Positions 29,979-41,339 of a stretch of DNA of 64,000 bases are shown piece after piece; position 1 is the first letter of the stretch, and each line of letters begins with the position of its first letter. The stretch comes from Candidatus Latescibacterota bacterium. GTDB lineage: Bacteria; Latescibacterota; UBA2968. Position numbers and translations under genes: made by a program. The stretch covers positions 7,904,001 to 7,968,000 of the forward strand of contig OZ240241.1 in assembly GCA_965198115.1 (NCBI GenBank). The letters are read 5' to 3'. The notes beneath the pieces are model-generated. The model saw only the letters and a list, made by a program, of their open reading frames with translations, did no database searches and had not been told where the DNA came from.

Positions 29979-31154
29979 TCAGAACGTGATCGCCTCACGT
30001 GATTCGATCTTCGATTCGTCCAGGACGATTCCCAACCCGGGAAGGCCGGGCACGACAACGTCGCCGTTTTCGGGTCGGTAGAGCGGGTCGTGGAAGAACT
30101 GCTTGGTCTCCTGCCCGCGGATCAGGAATTCGACGCGGGGAACGGTCGTCGGTGCTTGCGCTGCGGCAACGTGAAGGGCGGCGAGCAGAGAGTGGCCGTG
30201 GGCGACCATCGGAATCTCGAACGCCGACGTCAGCGCGCAGATCTTCATCAACTCCGTGATCCCACCCGTCCAGTCCGGATCGGTCTGCACGACATCTACC
30301 GCATCCCTCAGCAGGAGCTCTTTGACCTGCCACCGGGTGTAGACGTGCTCCCCCGTCGCGATCGGCACGCGCGCAGCTAGCCTCAACTTGCGGAATTCGT
30401 TCACACGATCGGACGGGAACGGTTCTTCCATCCACCGTGGACCGACCGATTCCAGTCCGCGCACCATCTCCGTCGCATACGTCAGATCCCATCCGTTGAA
30501 CGCATCGAACATCAACTCGTAGTCGGGACCGACCGCATCTCGAACAGCCCGCGCCATCGCCAGGTTCCGTGCGAGCCCTTCCTTCCCATCTCCAGGTCCG
30601 TGGCGAAAGAACCACTTCTGCGCCGTGTAGCCCTGGCCTTTGTATGCCTCCGCGGACTGCGCTGCCTCATTGGGCTCGATCGAGAAGCCCAGCATGCTCG
30701 CGTATGCCGGGACCCGCATCCGCGTCGGCCCTCCCAGGAGACGGTAAATCGGCAGACCGAGCGCCTTTCCCTTCAGATCCCACAACGCACAGTCGACGGG
30801 ACTGATCCCCGTCATGATCTGTCCCGTTCGTCCGTGACGATCCAGCCGAATCACCTGATCCAGCAAGGCTTCTGTGGCCAGAGGATCGCGCCCGACCAGA
30901 AACGGTTTCAGCAAGGTCAGAATCACAAAGGCCTGGGCCCGCTGAATCGGGCCGAACGTGCCCGACACTCCTTCGTCGGTCGAGACATCCAGGTAGAGAG
31001 CCGCGAGGCCCTCACGATCGCCTCCCCCTGTTCCGCTTCCTTCGTTGAACTCCGGGTAGATATCGAGCGGACGCGACTGTCGATCACCTCGCGGAAACGT
31101 CGGCCCGTCGTACGACCCGGAGAAACGCGTCACGGTCACGTTAGTAATCTTCAT
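29979..31154 (-). CDS. mandelate racemase/enolase superfamily dehydratase (rhamnonate dehydratase-like)
   Basis: DCALWDLKGK, LMFD, WMEEP, ATGEH. Confidence 0.9.
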   Translation of the reverse strand: MKITNVTVTRFSGSYDGPTFPRGDRQSRPLDIYPEFNEGSGTGGGDREGLAALYLDVSTDEGVSGTFGPIQRAQAFVILTLLKPFLVGRDPLATEALLDQVIRLDRHGRTGQIMTGISPVDCALWDLKGKALGLPIYRLLGGPTRMRVPAYASMLGFSIEPNEAAQSAEAYKGQGYTAQKWFFRHGPGDGKEGLARNLAMARAVRDAVGPDYELMFDAFNGWDLTYATEMVRGLESVGPRWMEEPFPSDRVNEFRKLRLAARVPIATGEHVYTRWQVKELLLRDAVDVVQTDPDWTGGITELMKICALTSAFEIPMVAHGHSLLAALHVAAAQAPTTVPRVEFLIRGQETKQFFHDPLYRPENGDVVVPGLPGLGIVLDESKIESREAITF

Positions 31155-31195
31155 GGTGCCCTCGAAACACTCGATATCCAGCGACTTGAGTACAC

Positions 31196-31229
31196 AAAAA
31201 AGGGGCCGGCCGTTCCGGCGCCGGGCCCC
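31196..31229 (-). terminator. intrinsic terminator after the TPR gene
   Basis: GC-rich hairpin followed by a T6 tract on the minus strand. Confidence 0.6.
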
Positions 31230-31253
31230 AGATCTTGATCTCGAAAAGCGGGG

Positions 31254-32402
31254 TCAGCCCGCCACCTGCCTCGCATCGACAGAGGCGAGTAGGGCTTCGA
31301 CTTTTCTCGCGTCCAGACTCGCCCCTATTCCATCGAACAAAGTCCTTGCCTTCAAGAGGTGGTCGCGTGCCTCTTCTGTTCTGCCCTGCCAGAGAAGCGT
31401 GTGGCCCTGATCGCGACGGACCTCGGCAAGACCGTGCGGGCTTTCGTATCGGTTGTAAAGTCCCTCGCTACGCTCTAACAGCACTCGGCACGTTTTCCAG
31501 TGCTCGAGTTTGCCGAAACAGAGTCCGAGCACGCGATACACATCCGCCTCCCCCAGTGAATCGCCAACCGCCGTATAGACCTCCAGCGCCCGCCCGGATG
31601 TCGCAATCGCACCCGCGCATCTGCCCGTTTCCATCAGAGACCGAGCGTGGCTGAGATGAACGTTACCGACGAGTTCAGACGCCTGCTCGTCCTCCGTAAG
31701 CATTAGGGCGCGCTCGAAACAAGCGATGGCTTCGCAGTGGTTTTCGGCGTCCGCGTGAACCATGCCGGCGTTGTGCCACGACCGTGCCGCGCCGGCGGTG
31801 TCATCTCTTGCCTCGTAGAGTCGGATACATTCCGCGTAACGGTCGACGGCCTCCTTCGCGAAACCCTGTATCGTCGCCAGGACGGCCAGGTTGTTCATCG
31901 CATCGATCGCGACGAGTTCGCTTCCCGCGCGCCCTGCCAAATCGAAAGCGGTCCTGTAATGACCGGAGGCTTCAGCGTATCGCCCCTGCTCGTGGTGGAC
32001 GATCCCGATGTTGAGCACGGCGATCGATCGTCCTTCGTCGTCACCAAGGTCCGCGAAGATCTCCGCGCTGCGCGTCAGAGCCCGAAACGCCTCCGACCAC
32101 TTCCGCGTTTGGACGAACGCCCGGCCGACATAGCGCAACGCCTCCGCCAGATTCTGGTGGTCGCCCCTCGATTCGGCCAGATCGGCTGCTCGATTCCACG
32201 TTTCTATGGCATCTTCAATAAAGCACTTCGCCAGGGCCCGGCCGTGTCCGAGGAGAACATCGATCTCCTTGTCCGGCAGTCGATCGAGCAACCGCTGGTG
32301 GGCCTCCGTAATCGCCTTCCGCTTTGACAACGGGTTGATCGCGTTACTCGAAGCCTCCTGGAAGGCCTCATCGACCACTTTTTTGATATCTGTGTCTGTC
32401 AT
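31254..32402 (-). CDS. tetratricopeptide repeat protein
   Basis: Repeated A..NIG/NNLA/HNAG helical units of about 40 aa. Confidence 0.85.
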   Translation of the reverse strand: MTDTDIKKVVDEAFQEASSNAINPLSKRKAITEAHQRLLDRLPDKEIDVLLGHGRALAKCFIEDAIETWNRAADLAESRGDHQNLAEALRYVGRAFVQTRKWSEAFRALTRSAEIFADLGDDEGRSIAVLNIGIVHHEQGRYAEASGHYRTAFDLAGRAGSELVAIDAMNNLAVLATIQGFAKEAVDRYAECIRLYEARDDTAGAARSWHNAGMVHADAENHCEAIACFERALMLTEDEQASELVGNVHLSHARSLMETGRCAGAIATSGRALEVYTAVGDSLGEADVYRVLGLCFGKLEHWKTCRVLLERSEGLYNRYESPHGLAEVRRDQGHTLLWQGRTEEARDHLLKARTLFDGIGASLDARKVEALLASVDARQVAG

Positions 32403-33130
32403 CGGTCAATATCACCACCACCGAGTGAGTACCGCGAAAATCCGGGAACGGCGACCTCGACCTTCGTGAACTGTTCTCCCTCTCTTGTCCGGGTTTCGAT
32501 CGTTTCAATTGTCCCGTCGCCATAGAGATGCGTAGCGCGGACAAGATCGTCATCATCCAACTCCCCAATGAACCTAAGTGTGAGCAGTGCGGGGGAACTG
32601 AAAAACGTGCCCGGGGGTGAGAACGTCACCTCTATGTCGTTCAATGAGGTTCCGAACTGGGCTGACATCCTGATATTGTAGACCACGCCATGGGTGCCGA
32701 GCGAACCCGCCGGAATCTGAAGTTCTACACTCGAAAGACAAACCCCAGAGGGGTCACCGTAGAGCGGGAAGGCCACCGACAGTGCACCACCGGCCGTGTC
32801 AAGGATGTCACTGGACGTTTCCCCGAATGTCAGTAGATGGGGACCCGAATCTGAACCGGAAACTCCTGGTTCGTCGTCCCAATCCGAATCGTCATCATCA
32901 TCGTCGTCGTCATCATCGTCGTCGTCATCATCGTCCAAATCCGCGTCACGATCATCGTCATCATCGTCGTCATCGTCGTCATCAGCGAACTTCGCGGCCG
33001 GATGGCCTGTGGCCATCCTCGACGATTCGCTGGACAGAGGTGATTGTCCACACGCGGCTGTAAGCAGCGCGATCAATATCGTGTAGAGGAAAACTCTCAA
33101 TCGATTGTCGTCATACAATGCCTGGAGCAT
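32399..33130 (-). CDS. lipoprotein with a poly-Asp tract and a ZU5-like C-terminal domain
   Basis: Lipobox LTAAC; D11 and D16 runs; IPAGSL...FSPPGTFFSSPALLTL...VPGFSRY. Confidence 0.7.
   Translation of the reverse strand: MLQALYDDNRLRVFLYTILIALLTAACGQSPLSSESSRMATGHPAAKFADDDDDDDDDDDRDADLDDDDDDDDDDDDDDDDSDWDDEPGVSGSDSGPHLLTFGETSSDILDTAGGALSVAFPLYGDPSGVCLSSVELQIPAGSLGTHGVVYNIRMSAQFGTSLNDIEVTFSPPGTFFSSPALLTLRFIGELDDDDLVRATHLYGDGTIETIETRTREGEQFTKVEVAVPGFSRYSLGGGDIDR
32888..32983 (-). repeat. GAT/GAC trinucleotide tract encoding poly-Asp
   Basis: Runs of 11 and 16 Asp codons, with GAT and GAC mixed. Confidence 0.9.
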
Positions 33131-33232
33131 CACACATTTCCGTCTTGAGTTATGGATTCCAGCCCCCGATATGCTTCTCAAATCTACGACCGATTCGACG
33201 GACTGTCAGGTCTCCTCCCTGTAGTCTCTATC

Positions 33233-34832
33233 CTACACGCCGCGCCCGTCGCGGAGCCGAATCGCATCCGCCACGACTCCGCGAAGGTCGTCGAGACTGA
33301 CGACGGGCTTTTCCAGACGCAGATCGAAGGGGTCCAGCCTCGGATCGTCCTCTTGCAAGACCCAGCCTGTCGCCAGAATAGCGACCACACCCGGGAAACC
33401 TCTCTTGATCTCGGCTACGACCTCGTTTCCCGGAAGGTCCGGAAGCCCCAGATCGGCGAGAACCACGTCGAAGGCATCCCCATTCGCGAGTGCCAGGGCT
33501 TCGGTCCCATTTTTTGCAGTGGCCACGTCGTGACGCCCAACGAGGGCCTGTTCGAAGACTTCGCGCACGATCTCTTCGTCTTCGACGATCAGGACACGAC
33601 CGGCTCTCGAATCGGCCTGGCCACGTTGTGTCGACGCCATCGTCTGTGGGGATCGCCACTCCTGAAAAGTGAGCTCGAAGGTCGTGCCTTTACCCGGTAC
33701 GCTCGCCACATCGATGGCGCCGTCCCATCCGGCCATCGACCCGTACACGGTGGCAAGACCGAGCCCCGTCCCCACGTCTGTCTTGGTCGTAAAAAATGGC
33801 TCGAACACCCGACGCTGCGTTCCTCATCCATTCCCACGCCGGTATCCAAAAAACGGAGTTGAATGCCTTCTTCACGCCGGTTCGCCACAATCTCAATCTG
33901 TCCGCCCTCGGGCATCGCATCCACAGCATTGAAAATGAGGTTGATCAGCACGTCCTGAAGGCCCGAAGCGTTCGCCTGGACGGGAGGCACGTCTTCCGTT
34001 TGGACGGATACTTCGATCTTGATGCTTTTGGATTCGGGCTCATCCTTCCAGCGAGGTCTCGACGTGGCCAGTGCCTCTGCGACCGCGTCTGACAGGTCCA
34101 CGGGCCCCATCTGTTCTGATTCCACGCGGACCGCGCTGTGAAGTCTCCTCACGAGATCGGCGGCCCTCACCGCGGCCGTGCGAATGCGACGCACCTCTCT
34201 AAGCGCCTCTTCTCCGAGCGGCAGTTCTTCCAGCAGGCTGAGGGGCCCTGTAACCCCTGTGAGAAGGTTGTTGAGGTTGTGGCTCACACCCGCGGACATC
34301 TCCCCCAGGGCCCTGAGCCGTTCACCCCTCACCATCCTGACTTGCGTTTCCTTCTGCTGCGTAATGTCACGCGCCACGCCGACAAATCCGAACGGCTCGT
34401 CGTGCTCGTCCCGCAGAGCGGATACGGACATGAGGGTCGGAAATTCTGTGCCGTCGCGGCGAACGTGGCCAACCTCGCCCTGGTGGGCGCGACCCGCCAG
34501 GATCCAGTCGATGAACGGCATGAGGTCTTCACGCAGCTGCTCCTCCGTGTGGAAGACTTCCATCGGCTTTCCGAGAAGCTCCTCCACTTCGTAGCCGTGC
34601 ATGCGGGACCACGCCGGATTGACGAATCGTACCTCCAGGTCAATACCGGTGATGCAAATGCCATCGATGGATTGATCGACCGCCTGCTTTAGCTCGACGT
34701 GCTCCTCTTGTTCCAACTGGACGGAATCACGCAGCAGGGCGGACACGAGGTCCACCTTCTCGCCGTCTGGCGATCCCCTTCCACCAGAGCAATGATCTCA
34801 CGCGCGAGCTGCTCGGTAAAATCGTTCTTCAC
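33233..34832 (-). pseudogene. hybrid PAS-histidine kinase-receiver protein with frameshifts near 34765 and 33815
   Basis: PAS; H-box SHNLNN, NAVDA, DTGVGM; then [14 protein letters not shown] and a receiver domain (IVEDE, DLGLP, KP) in another frame. Confidence 0.8.
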
Positions 34833-34878
34833 TCGGCCTTCCTCAGTAATGATCTGCTCGTCTCCGGCCTCGCCCGCA

Positions 34879-36784
34879 CTATCCCGCGAGCTGCCGGATC
34901 GCCCAGTCCGGATCCTTCAACGCCTCGTAGACCACACCGCCTTCCACGTTGCGCGGCATGGGCGTACCCGTCAAGTAACACACGGTCGGTGCCACGTCGA
35001 CGACGCGAACCTGCCGTTCGAGCTTGCCCGTCCGCCGAATACCGGCACCCGACGCGATGAACGTCGAATGCTGTCCTGCCATCCCGAAACCGACGGACGG
35101 AAGCTGCTTGCCGTGGGCGCCATCGAACTCCGGATTGAGCGCGTAAACGACGTCCCCGACCAGATCGCTCCACAGATTCACCATCTCGGCATCTTCTCGT
35201 GTGATCGCCAGCGCAAACGGTCGTCGTTCCGTCTCCGGGTCTTTGTAGTCGTACAGAGCCGCGACCAAGTCGCGTCTCACCGCGTCGTAGTCCGCTTTTG
35301 CCACGATCCCTCCGGCGTCACGGCCGCGGAGATTGACGAAGACGTGAACGAGACCGACGTTCATCGCCTTCGTTCGTGAAAAGTCGACCTCACGGTTCTT
35401 TCCCCGTCCCTTGTACTTCAAGAACCCGGTTTCTTCCAACACCTTCGCGATGTCCACGACCTGGAACTGTTGTGATGTACCGCCGTGATCCGCCACGACG
35501 AAAATCGCCGTGTCGCGGTCCGCGATCTTCCGGATTCGACCGATCATCCGATCGATCGACGCATAGTCCGAGCGACCCCCCCTTGACACCGTCTCATCAC
35601 GTTGCGAGCCGCCCCGGAATGGGCATCCGCGCGGCTCAGAAAGAAGTGGCTCGTGTAGTCAGACGCGTGTGACTCGACCATCAACAGGTCCCAGTCTCGT
35701 GTCGACGTCAGGTAATCGGCCACATCGGCGATACGCTGGTGATGGAACTCCAGAAGCTCGAAATACGTGTCGTCGTCGATCAGTCCCAAGGCATCACGCA
35801 TCGGATTCTGCAGAAAATTGCCGACGTGCTCGTCGATCTCCTTCGCCACGCTGAGCGGCTTCGTGTAGCCCGCGTTCGGCCAGATCTGGGGGAAAAAGAG
35901 TTCGAAGGCATCCCCGCTCTTCGACAACGTAATCAGTTTCGTCCGCACATAACCCCGCACACGCTTGCCATCGATCTCGAATCCGTCCAGCCACCAGTCG
36001 CTCCATTCACCCACGCCGAGATCGGCGAGCGACCTTTTTCCGTTCCGCGATCGACAGACCCGAACCCGGTCGTAGCCCTTTCCCTTCGCGTAGACCAGTC
36101 CGTAATAGGGCTTGGGCGTGCCTCTTTTCCCGCGATTCATTTCCTCCCGACCACGAGCCAGTGGACGGATCGTCAGCACGACCTCCTTGACCGGCTTGTT
36201 CGATGACGGCAGGCTCCGCCAGCCCTTCGCATCCTGCAACTCCACGGGGTCGAATTCGCTCACCGTCTGGAGTGCACTCGGATCGAGCGTTTCCGGATCG
36301 CGCTGCGCCACGAGTCGCCTGGGCGCCCACTTTCCTCGAACAGATGATAGCCAGCGATCTGATGATGGTTCGAAACACCGGGACCCGTGCCCTCCACCTG
36401 AACACCCCGCTTCACCGTCGGTGGCCACGACATCTCCCACTTCACCAGAATCGGCGTCTTGCCCGCCCGTTCGAACGTATTCCAAATGTATTCGGATTGC
36501 GACAGGTTCGTGTTGATCCCCCAGACGGTTTTGTCCAACCGCTTCCCGACATCTCGAATGTTGAAGTCCATCACGCGATGTGTGCCGGGCCACGACCCTG
36601 TGGACAGGGCCGTCCAGCCTGGCGGCGTGAGGGTCGGAAACACACCGACCATCGGTCGCCACCCTCCCGACGCCATCAGGGCTTTGATGTTCGGCGCGTG
36701 TCCGGCGTCGGCCAGGTTCTTCACGATCTCCATGCTTGCGCCGTCCATCCCAATGACGATGGCGCGTTTGGCTGGACTGTTCAC
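34879..36784 (-). pseudogene. alkaline phosphatase superfamily (nucleotide pyrophosphatase-like) protein split over three frames
   Basis: IGMDG, PTLTPPGWTALSTG, VVADHG, DVAPT; frame changes near 36340 and 35585. Confidence 0.8.
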
Positions 36785-36889
36785 GGGGGAACTCCTTGTC
36801 CGACCCGACGGTCGTGTTGGTGGTTCGAAGGTCAGAAGTCAGAGGTCGGACGGGTTTTCACCGACCTCTGACTGCGGCCGAAGGCCGCA

Positions 36890-38203
36890 TTAGTCCATGA
36901 ATAGATAACGCGCGATGAACAGGACCGCGAGTCCGTCGAGCAGGGGGTGGACGTCCTTTCCCCTGCCGCTGAGTCGCTTGACGACCGGATAGGCGACGAT
37001 GCCCGCGGCGACACCGTTCGCGATACTGAACGTCAGGGGCATCATCAACAGCGTCAGGAAAGCGGGAAGCGCGTCGGACGCGTCCTCCCAGTCGATCCGT
37101 TTCACAGCTGCCATCATCAGCACACCGACGATGACCAGAGCTGGCGCGGTGGCGAAAAGCGGGATCGACTCCACGAGCGGGGTAAAGAACAGCGCGGCAA
37201 GGAAAAGCACGGCGACGACCACCGAAGCGAGGCCTGTTCTCGCCCCCTCGGTGATGCCCGAAGCGCTCTCGATATACGTCGTGACGGGCGAGGTCCCCAT
37301 CACGGCCCCCACGACGGTGCCGAGCGAATCCGCCAAAAGCGCTCGGTTGGCGCGTGGCAGATGCCCGCGATGATCGAGGAGCCCCGATCGCTGGGACAGA
37401 CCGACGAGCGTCCCCATCGTGTCGAACAGATCGACGAACAGGAAGATGAACACGAGTTCGATCAGCGCGACATCGAACGCGGCCGGAAGGTGTTCGATCG
37501 CTGCGCCGAACAGTCGCTCCGGCCAGACCGGCGCGCTGATCACACCCGATGGAGGCGACGCAACACCTGCCAGCATCGCCGCGGCCGATACAACGACGAC
37601 ACCCACGAGGATGGCCCCCCTCACACCCCGGGCGACCAGAACACCCGTCCCCAGCAGTCCGAGCAGCGCAAGACCCGCTTGGGCGACCCGCACGCTTCCC
37701 AGGCCGATCAGCGTGCCCTCGTTGGCCACGACGATTCCCGCGTTCTTCAACCCGATGAAGGCGATGAACAGCCCGATACCGGCCGCAGTCGCGTGCTTCA
37801 GACTCGACGGCACCGCGTTGATCAGCGCTTCCCGGATCCTCAGGACCGATAGAACCGTAAAGATCAATCCCGCCGCCAGCACGACACCCAGCGCGAGATC
37901 CCATCGGACCCCCATCCCGATGACGACCGTGAACGTGAACATCGCGTTCAGACCCATGCCCGGCGCGAGTGCGAACGGGTAGTTGGCGCCCAGGCCTACG
38001 ATTAGCGTCGCGATCGCCGACGACACGCACGTGGCGAACAGCAGCTCCCCGAACATGTCCTGCCCGAGAGCTTGCGCCAACATACCGGGATTGACGGCCA
38101 CGATGTAGGCCATCGTCACGAACGTCGTCAGACCGCCCAGTACTTCGGTCCGAATCGTCGTGTCGCGATCGTCGATTTCAAAAAATGATCTGATTGCGTT
38201 CAT
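36890..38203 (-). CDS. NCS2/AzgA-family purine permease
   Basis: TTFVTMAYI..NP, APGMGLNA, FDTMGT, YIESASG. Confidence 0.92.
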   Translation of the reverse strand: MNAIRSFFEIDDRDTTIRTEVLGGLTTFVTMAYIVAVNPGMLAQALGQDMFGELLFATCVSSAIATLIVGLGANYPFALAPGMGLNAMFTFTVVIGMGVRWDLALGVVLAAGLIFTVLSVLRIREALINAVPSSLKHATAAGIGLFIAFIGLKNAGIVVANEGTLIGLGSVRVAQAGLALLGLLGTGVLVARGVRGAILVGVVVVSAAAMLAGVASPPSGVISAPVWPERLFGAAIEHLPAAFDVALIELVFIFLFVDLFDTMGTLVGLSQRSGLLDHRGHLPRANRALLADSLGTVVGAVMGTSPVTTYIESASGITEGARTGLASVVVAVLFLAALFFTPLVESIPLFATAPALVIVGVLMMAAVKRIDWEDASDALPAFLTLLMMPLTFSIANGVAAGIVAYPVVKRLSGRGKDVHPLLDGLAVLFIARYLFMD

Positions 38204-38213
38204 CGGGTGACCT

Positions 38214-39368
38214 TTAGCTTGCTGCTGCCGCGAACTGATCGGCAAAAATCAGGAAATCGCTGAATCCGATCCGGCCGTCTCGGTCCAGGTCGAAGACAGC
38301 CGCTTCGCTCTCCAGCACCGGCTCGCCGAACCTGGCGGCAAACAGCAGGAAGTCGTCGAAGTCGACACTGCCGCTCCCGTCGAAGTCGGCCGTGGGCGCG
38401 CTGATTCCCGCCAGCTCGAGCAGACCGCCCGTTGCAGCTCGCGTCACTTGCGTCACGTAGTCGATGTCCACCCTGGTGATCGTGTCGGTGCTCATATTCA
38501 AATGCGGCGCAGGGTTGTCGAAGAATTGGAAGATACCGATAGCCGGAAACCCCTGGTCCAGGAAGGGCTGATGATCCGAACATCGACACCCTTGGGCTGT
38601 CACGCGAAGATCGGATCCGCTCCCGTTCTCCGTTCGAAGCGTGGAGTAGACCCTCGCGGCATCGGCGATCGTCTGTGCGATTTCCACGTGAGGCGAAGTC
38701 GTATCGATCGAAAACGCATCCGGATGAATCGACCCGGGCCACCCGATCGCGTCGATCTGCATCATCAACTCGATCTGGTCTCCGCGCGTCTTTGCCCTCC
38801 GTGCGTAGTCCGTGCTCCCGTTCAACCCAATCTCTTCCGCTCCCCAGAACGCGAACTCGATCGTCAGGTCGAGGTTCTGGTCCTTCAGCAGCCGGGCGAT
38901 TTCGACAATCGCCGCCACACCCGACGCATTGTCGTCGGCACCAGGGGCAACGTCCTGCTCAGCCTGTTCTCGATCCAGTGAGATCGAATCGTAATGCCCC
39001 CCGACCACGATTTTTCGATCGGGATGAAGCCTCCCCACCTTCGTCGCCAGAACGTTCGCCTGAACCGTAGAGAGGAACCAATCCTTGCCGAAGAAACGGC
39101 GATCCAGTTCCAGATCGAATGTATCCCTCACGGTGTCGTAGCCGAACGACGTCAGACGTTCTTCGAGATAGGCCACGGCCGCCCAGTTGGAATCGCTGCC
39201 CATGAAACGTGTTTCGAACGCCACGAGCCGTTCCACGGTCACCGTCAGGGAATCGGGGTGGACGCTGTCGACGAGGTCCTCGATCTGCGCGCGGGATGGG
39301 CCGGGGAAAGAAGCCACAACCCAAACTCCGATGGCAAAACAGAACCCAATTCTTTTATTTACAAACAT
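38214..39368 (-). CDS. secreted M28 metallopeptidase with a C-terminal dockerin-like/EF-hand repeat
   Basis: GGHYDS, GADDNASG, AEEIGL, SDH; tail DFDGSGSVDFDDFLLFA...DLDRDGRIGFSDFLIFA. Confidence 0.9.
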   Translation of the reverse strand: MFVNKRIGFCFAIGVWVVASFPGPSRAQIEDLVDSVHPDSLTVTVERLVAFETRFMGSDSNWAAVAYLEERLTSFGYDTVRDTFDLELDRRFFGKDWFLSTVQANVLATKVGRLHPDRKIVVGGHYDSISLDREQAEQDVAPGADDNASGVAAIVEIARLLKDQNLDLTIEFAFWGAEEIGLNGSTDYARRAKTRGDQIELMMQIDAIGWPGSIHPDAFSIDTTSPHVEIAQTIADAARVYSTLRTENGSGSDLRVTAQGCRCSDHQPFLDQGFPAIGIFQFFDNPAPHLNMSTDTITRVDIDYVTQVTRAATGGLLELAGISAPTADFDGSGSVDFDDFLLFAARFGEPVLESEAAVFDLDRDGRIGFSDFLIFADQFAAAAS

Positions 39369-39453
39369 TTATAGCTCTACAATTAGTGCTTAACTCATCC
39401 CACGATCAGCCGATATACATAACAGGCCTTAATGACAACACTGTGGAGGTCCT

Positions 39454-39666
39454 GTGATGACTTCAGGTGTGTGGATCGTGCTCATCGGCTTTACGTTCAT
39501 GACCGGCATGTTTTGTCTCGTCTTTGCGCTGTATCGCCTGACGACGCCTGTCGGACCCGCGAATGTGACGCCCATGCCGTCGAGACCCGCCGAGGAAGGG
39601 CAGGACGAAGGCCCGAAGCTTACGAAGTTGGGCAGGCCCATTCAGGAAGTTCGCCTGAGAGCCTGA
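39454..39666 (+). CDS. small single-TM protein
   Basis: GGAGG SD, N-terminal TM helix, terminator downstream. Confidence 0.65.
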   Translation: MMTSGVWIVLIGFTFMTGMFCLVFALYRLTTPVGPANVTPMPSRPAEEGQDEGPKLTKLGRPIQEVRLRA

Positions 39667-39703
39667 AATTGGTCAGAACCGGCATCGGCCGGTAGTGGAC
39701 TGC

Positions 39704-39739
39704 AAGAGGGGGAGCGCTTTGCTCCCCCTCTTCTTTTTT
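39704..39739 (+). terminator. intrinsic terminator
   Basis: AAGAGGGGGAGC-GCTTT-GCTCCCCCTCTT followed by a T-tract. Confidence 0.8.
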
Positions 39740-40907
39740 AGGCCTCCGCCACCTCGATCGCTGCCGCATCGGCCACGAACAACCGTTCGTCGAACAGCTT
39801 GAAGAAAGCAACTGCGGCAGCCAGGGTGATCGCGATGGGGACGAGGAAGATCTTGGTCCAATCGTGGCCGCCCGCCATCGCGAAGTAGTCGTGAACCTGC
39901 CCGCTGAAAAAATGGCCCACCAGCATGCCAACGCCGTTCGTCGCGAACACGATCAGGCCTTGCGCACTCGCGCGGATGTCTCTACGGCTGAGACGTTCGA
40001 CCGCGATCATGCCGCCGACAAAGAAGAACGAGTAGCAGATGCCGTGTAACCCCTGGGCGGCGATGATCAGCCAGGCAGGACGGCCGATCGCGAAGATCGC
40101 GTAGCGCACCGGCCACGCCAGGATACCGAGTACAATCGTTCCGCGGGTTCCCAGGCGTTTGATGGAAGGCGCCAGCAGAAGCATCAGAGCCACTTCCCCG
40201 ACCTGTCCCAGACTCATCGCCAGGTTCGCCCTACTCGCCGTCAATCCGACGCCGTGTTCAGGCTCGGTCAGGAACAGGAACGTCAGGTTGTAGTAAAAGG
40301 GCAGCTCGATCGCGACGACGAAGGACACGACCAGGAGGGTGGCAAAGTTCCGATTGCGCGACAGGTTGAAGGCTTCGAGGAAGGCGTAGGGATGTTCTTT
40401 CGAAGGCGAGGGCGGCGTGTGGGGCAGCGTCAGACAGTAAACGCCCATGACGGCAGACAGCCCAGCGGCGAACAACAGGCAATCGCCCAGGTAGACACCC
40501 GTCGGATCTGCATCTGCCCGATGTCCAAGATAGAGACTCAGGACCCACGCGATCGCGATCCAGCCGATCGTCCCCCACGCACGAACCGTACCGAACGCGC
40601 GACTGTCGTCCGTATGATGGAAAGCGATCGCGTTCGTCAGGGCGATCGTCGGCATGTAGAGCATCGCGTAGAAGAAGATGGTCAGCCATAGCGGGAAGAA
40701 CAGCGTCTGATGCCAGGCAAGGAAAAGCAGAGGAGCTCCCGCAAAATGACACATCGCCGTGAAAACCTGATTCGGCAGAAACCGATCGGCGATCCACCCG
40801 GCGATCACGGGAGAGATCAGTGAACCGAACGCCGTCGTGCCGAAAACGTAGCTGATCTCGCGACCCGAAAACCCGAGATGGTTCATGTGTCCCGCGATCA
40901 GCACGGC
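39738..40907 (-). pseudogene. MFS nucleoside permease (NupG/XapB-like), 5' end missing
   Basis: GWIADRF, YMPTIALTN, RAWGTIGW, LTLPHTP, IRASAQG; the first TM helix and start are replaced by antisense Ldh sequence. Confidence 0.8.
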
Positions 40908-41339
40908 AACCCGACGACAGATCCCAACCAACTCGGCAACGGCGCAGTCCAACTGCCGCTCGGCGGATCCGAGGGTCACAAGGGTTTCGGCCTTTCGGCA
41001 ATGGTCGAGATCTTCTCCGGAATCCTGACCGGTCTCGGGTTCGGCGTCGAGTCCTCGGGAAAACACAACGACGGCGTGTTCATGGCCGTCTTCAGGGTCG
41101 ATGCGTTCATGGACTTGGAAGACTTCAAGCGCGAGGTGACGGACTTCGCCAACTATCTCAAGGCGACACCTCCCGCGACCGGCGTCGAAGAGGTCTTCTA
41201 CCCCGGCGAGATCGAACATCGACGCACGCAGACGAATCTCGCGGAAGGGATTTTCGTCGAGGACGCCACCTGGGACCGCCTCGAGGTCCTTTCCGACGAG
41301 TACGGCGTGGCCGATCAAATTGGCATGAAACGGGCTTAG
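40896..41339 (+). pseudogene. Ldh_2 (malate/L-lactate dehydrogenase type 2) C-terminal fragment
   Basis: GNPTTDP, LPLGG..GHKGFGL, YPGEIE; the N-terminal half is absent. Confidence 0.85.

Noticed and set aside
32888-32983. Phase-variable microsatellite or CRISPR array
   Set aside because: In-frame, mixed-codon trinucleotide tract. I saw no repeat-spacer array anywhere in the window.
39738-41318. A single 526-aa MFS protein
   Set aside because: Its first 137 or so codons are the antisense of the Ldh_2 fragment.
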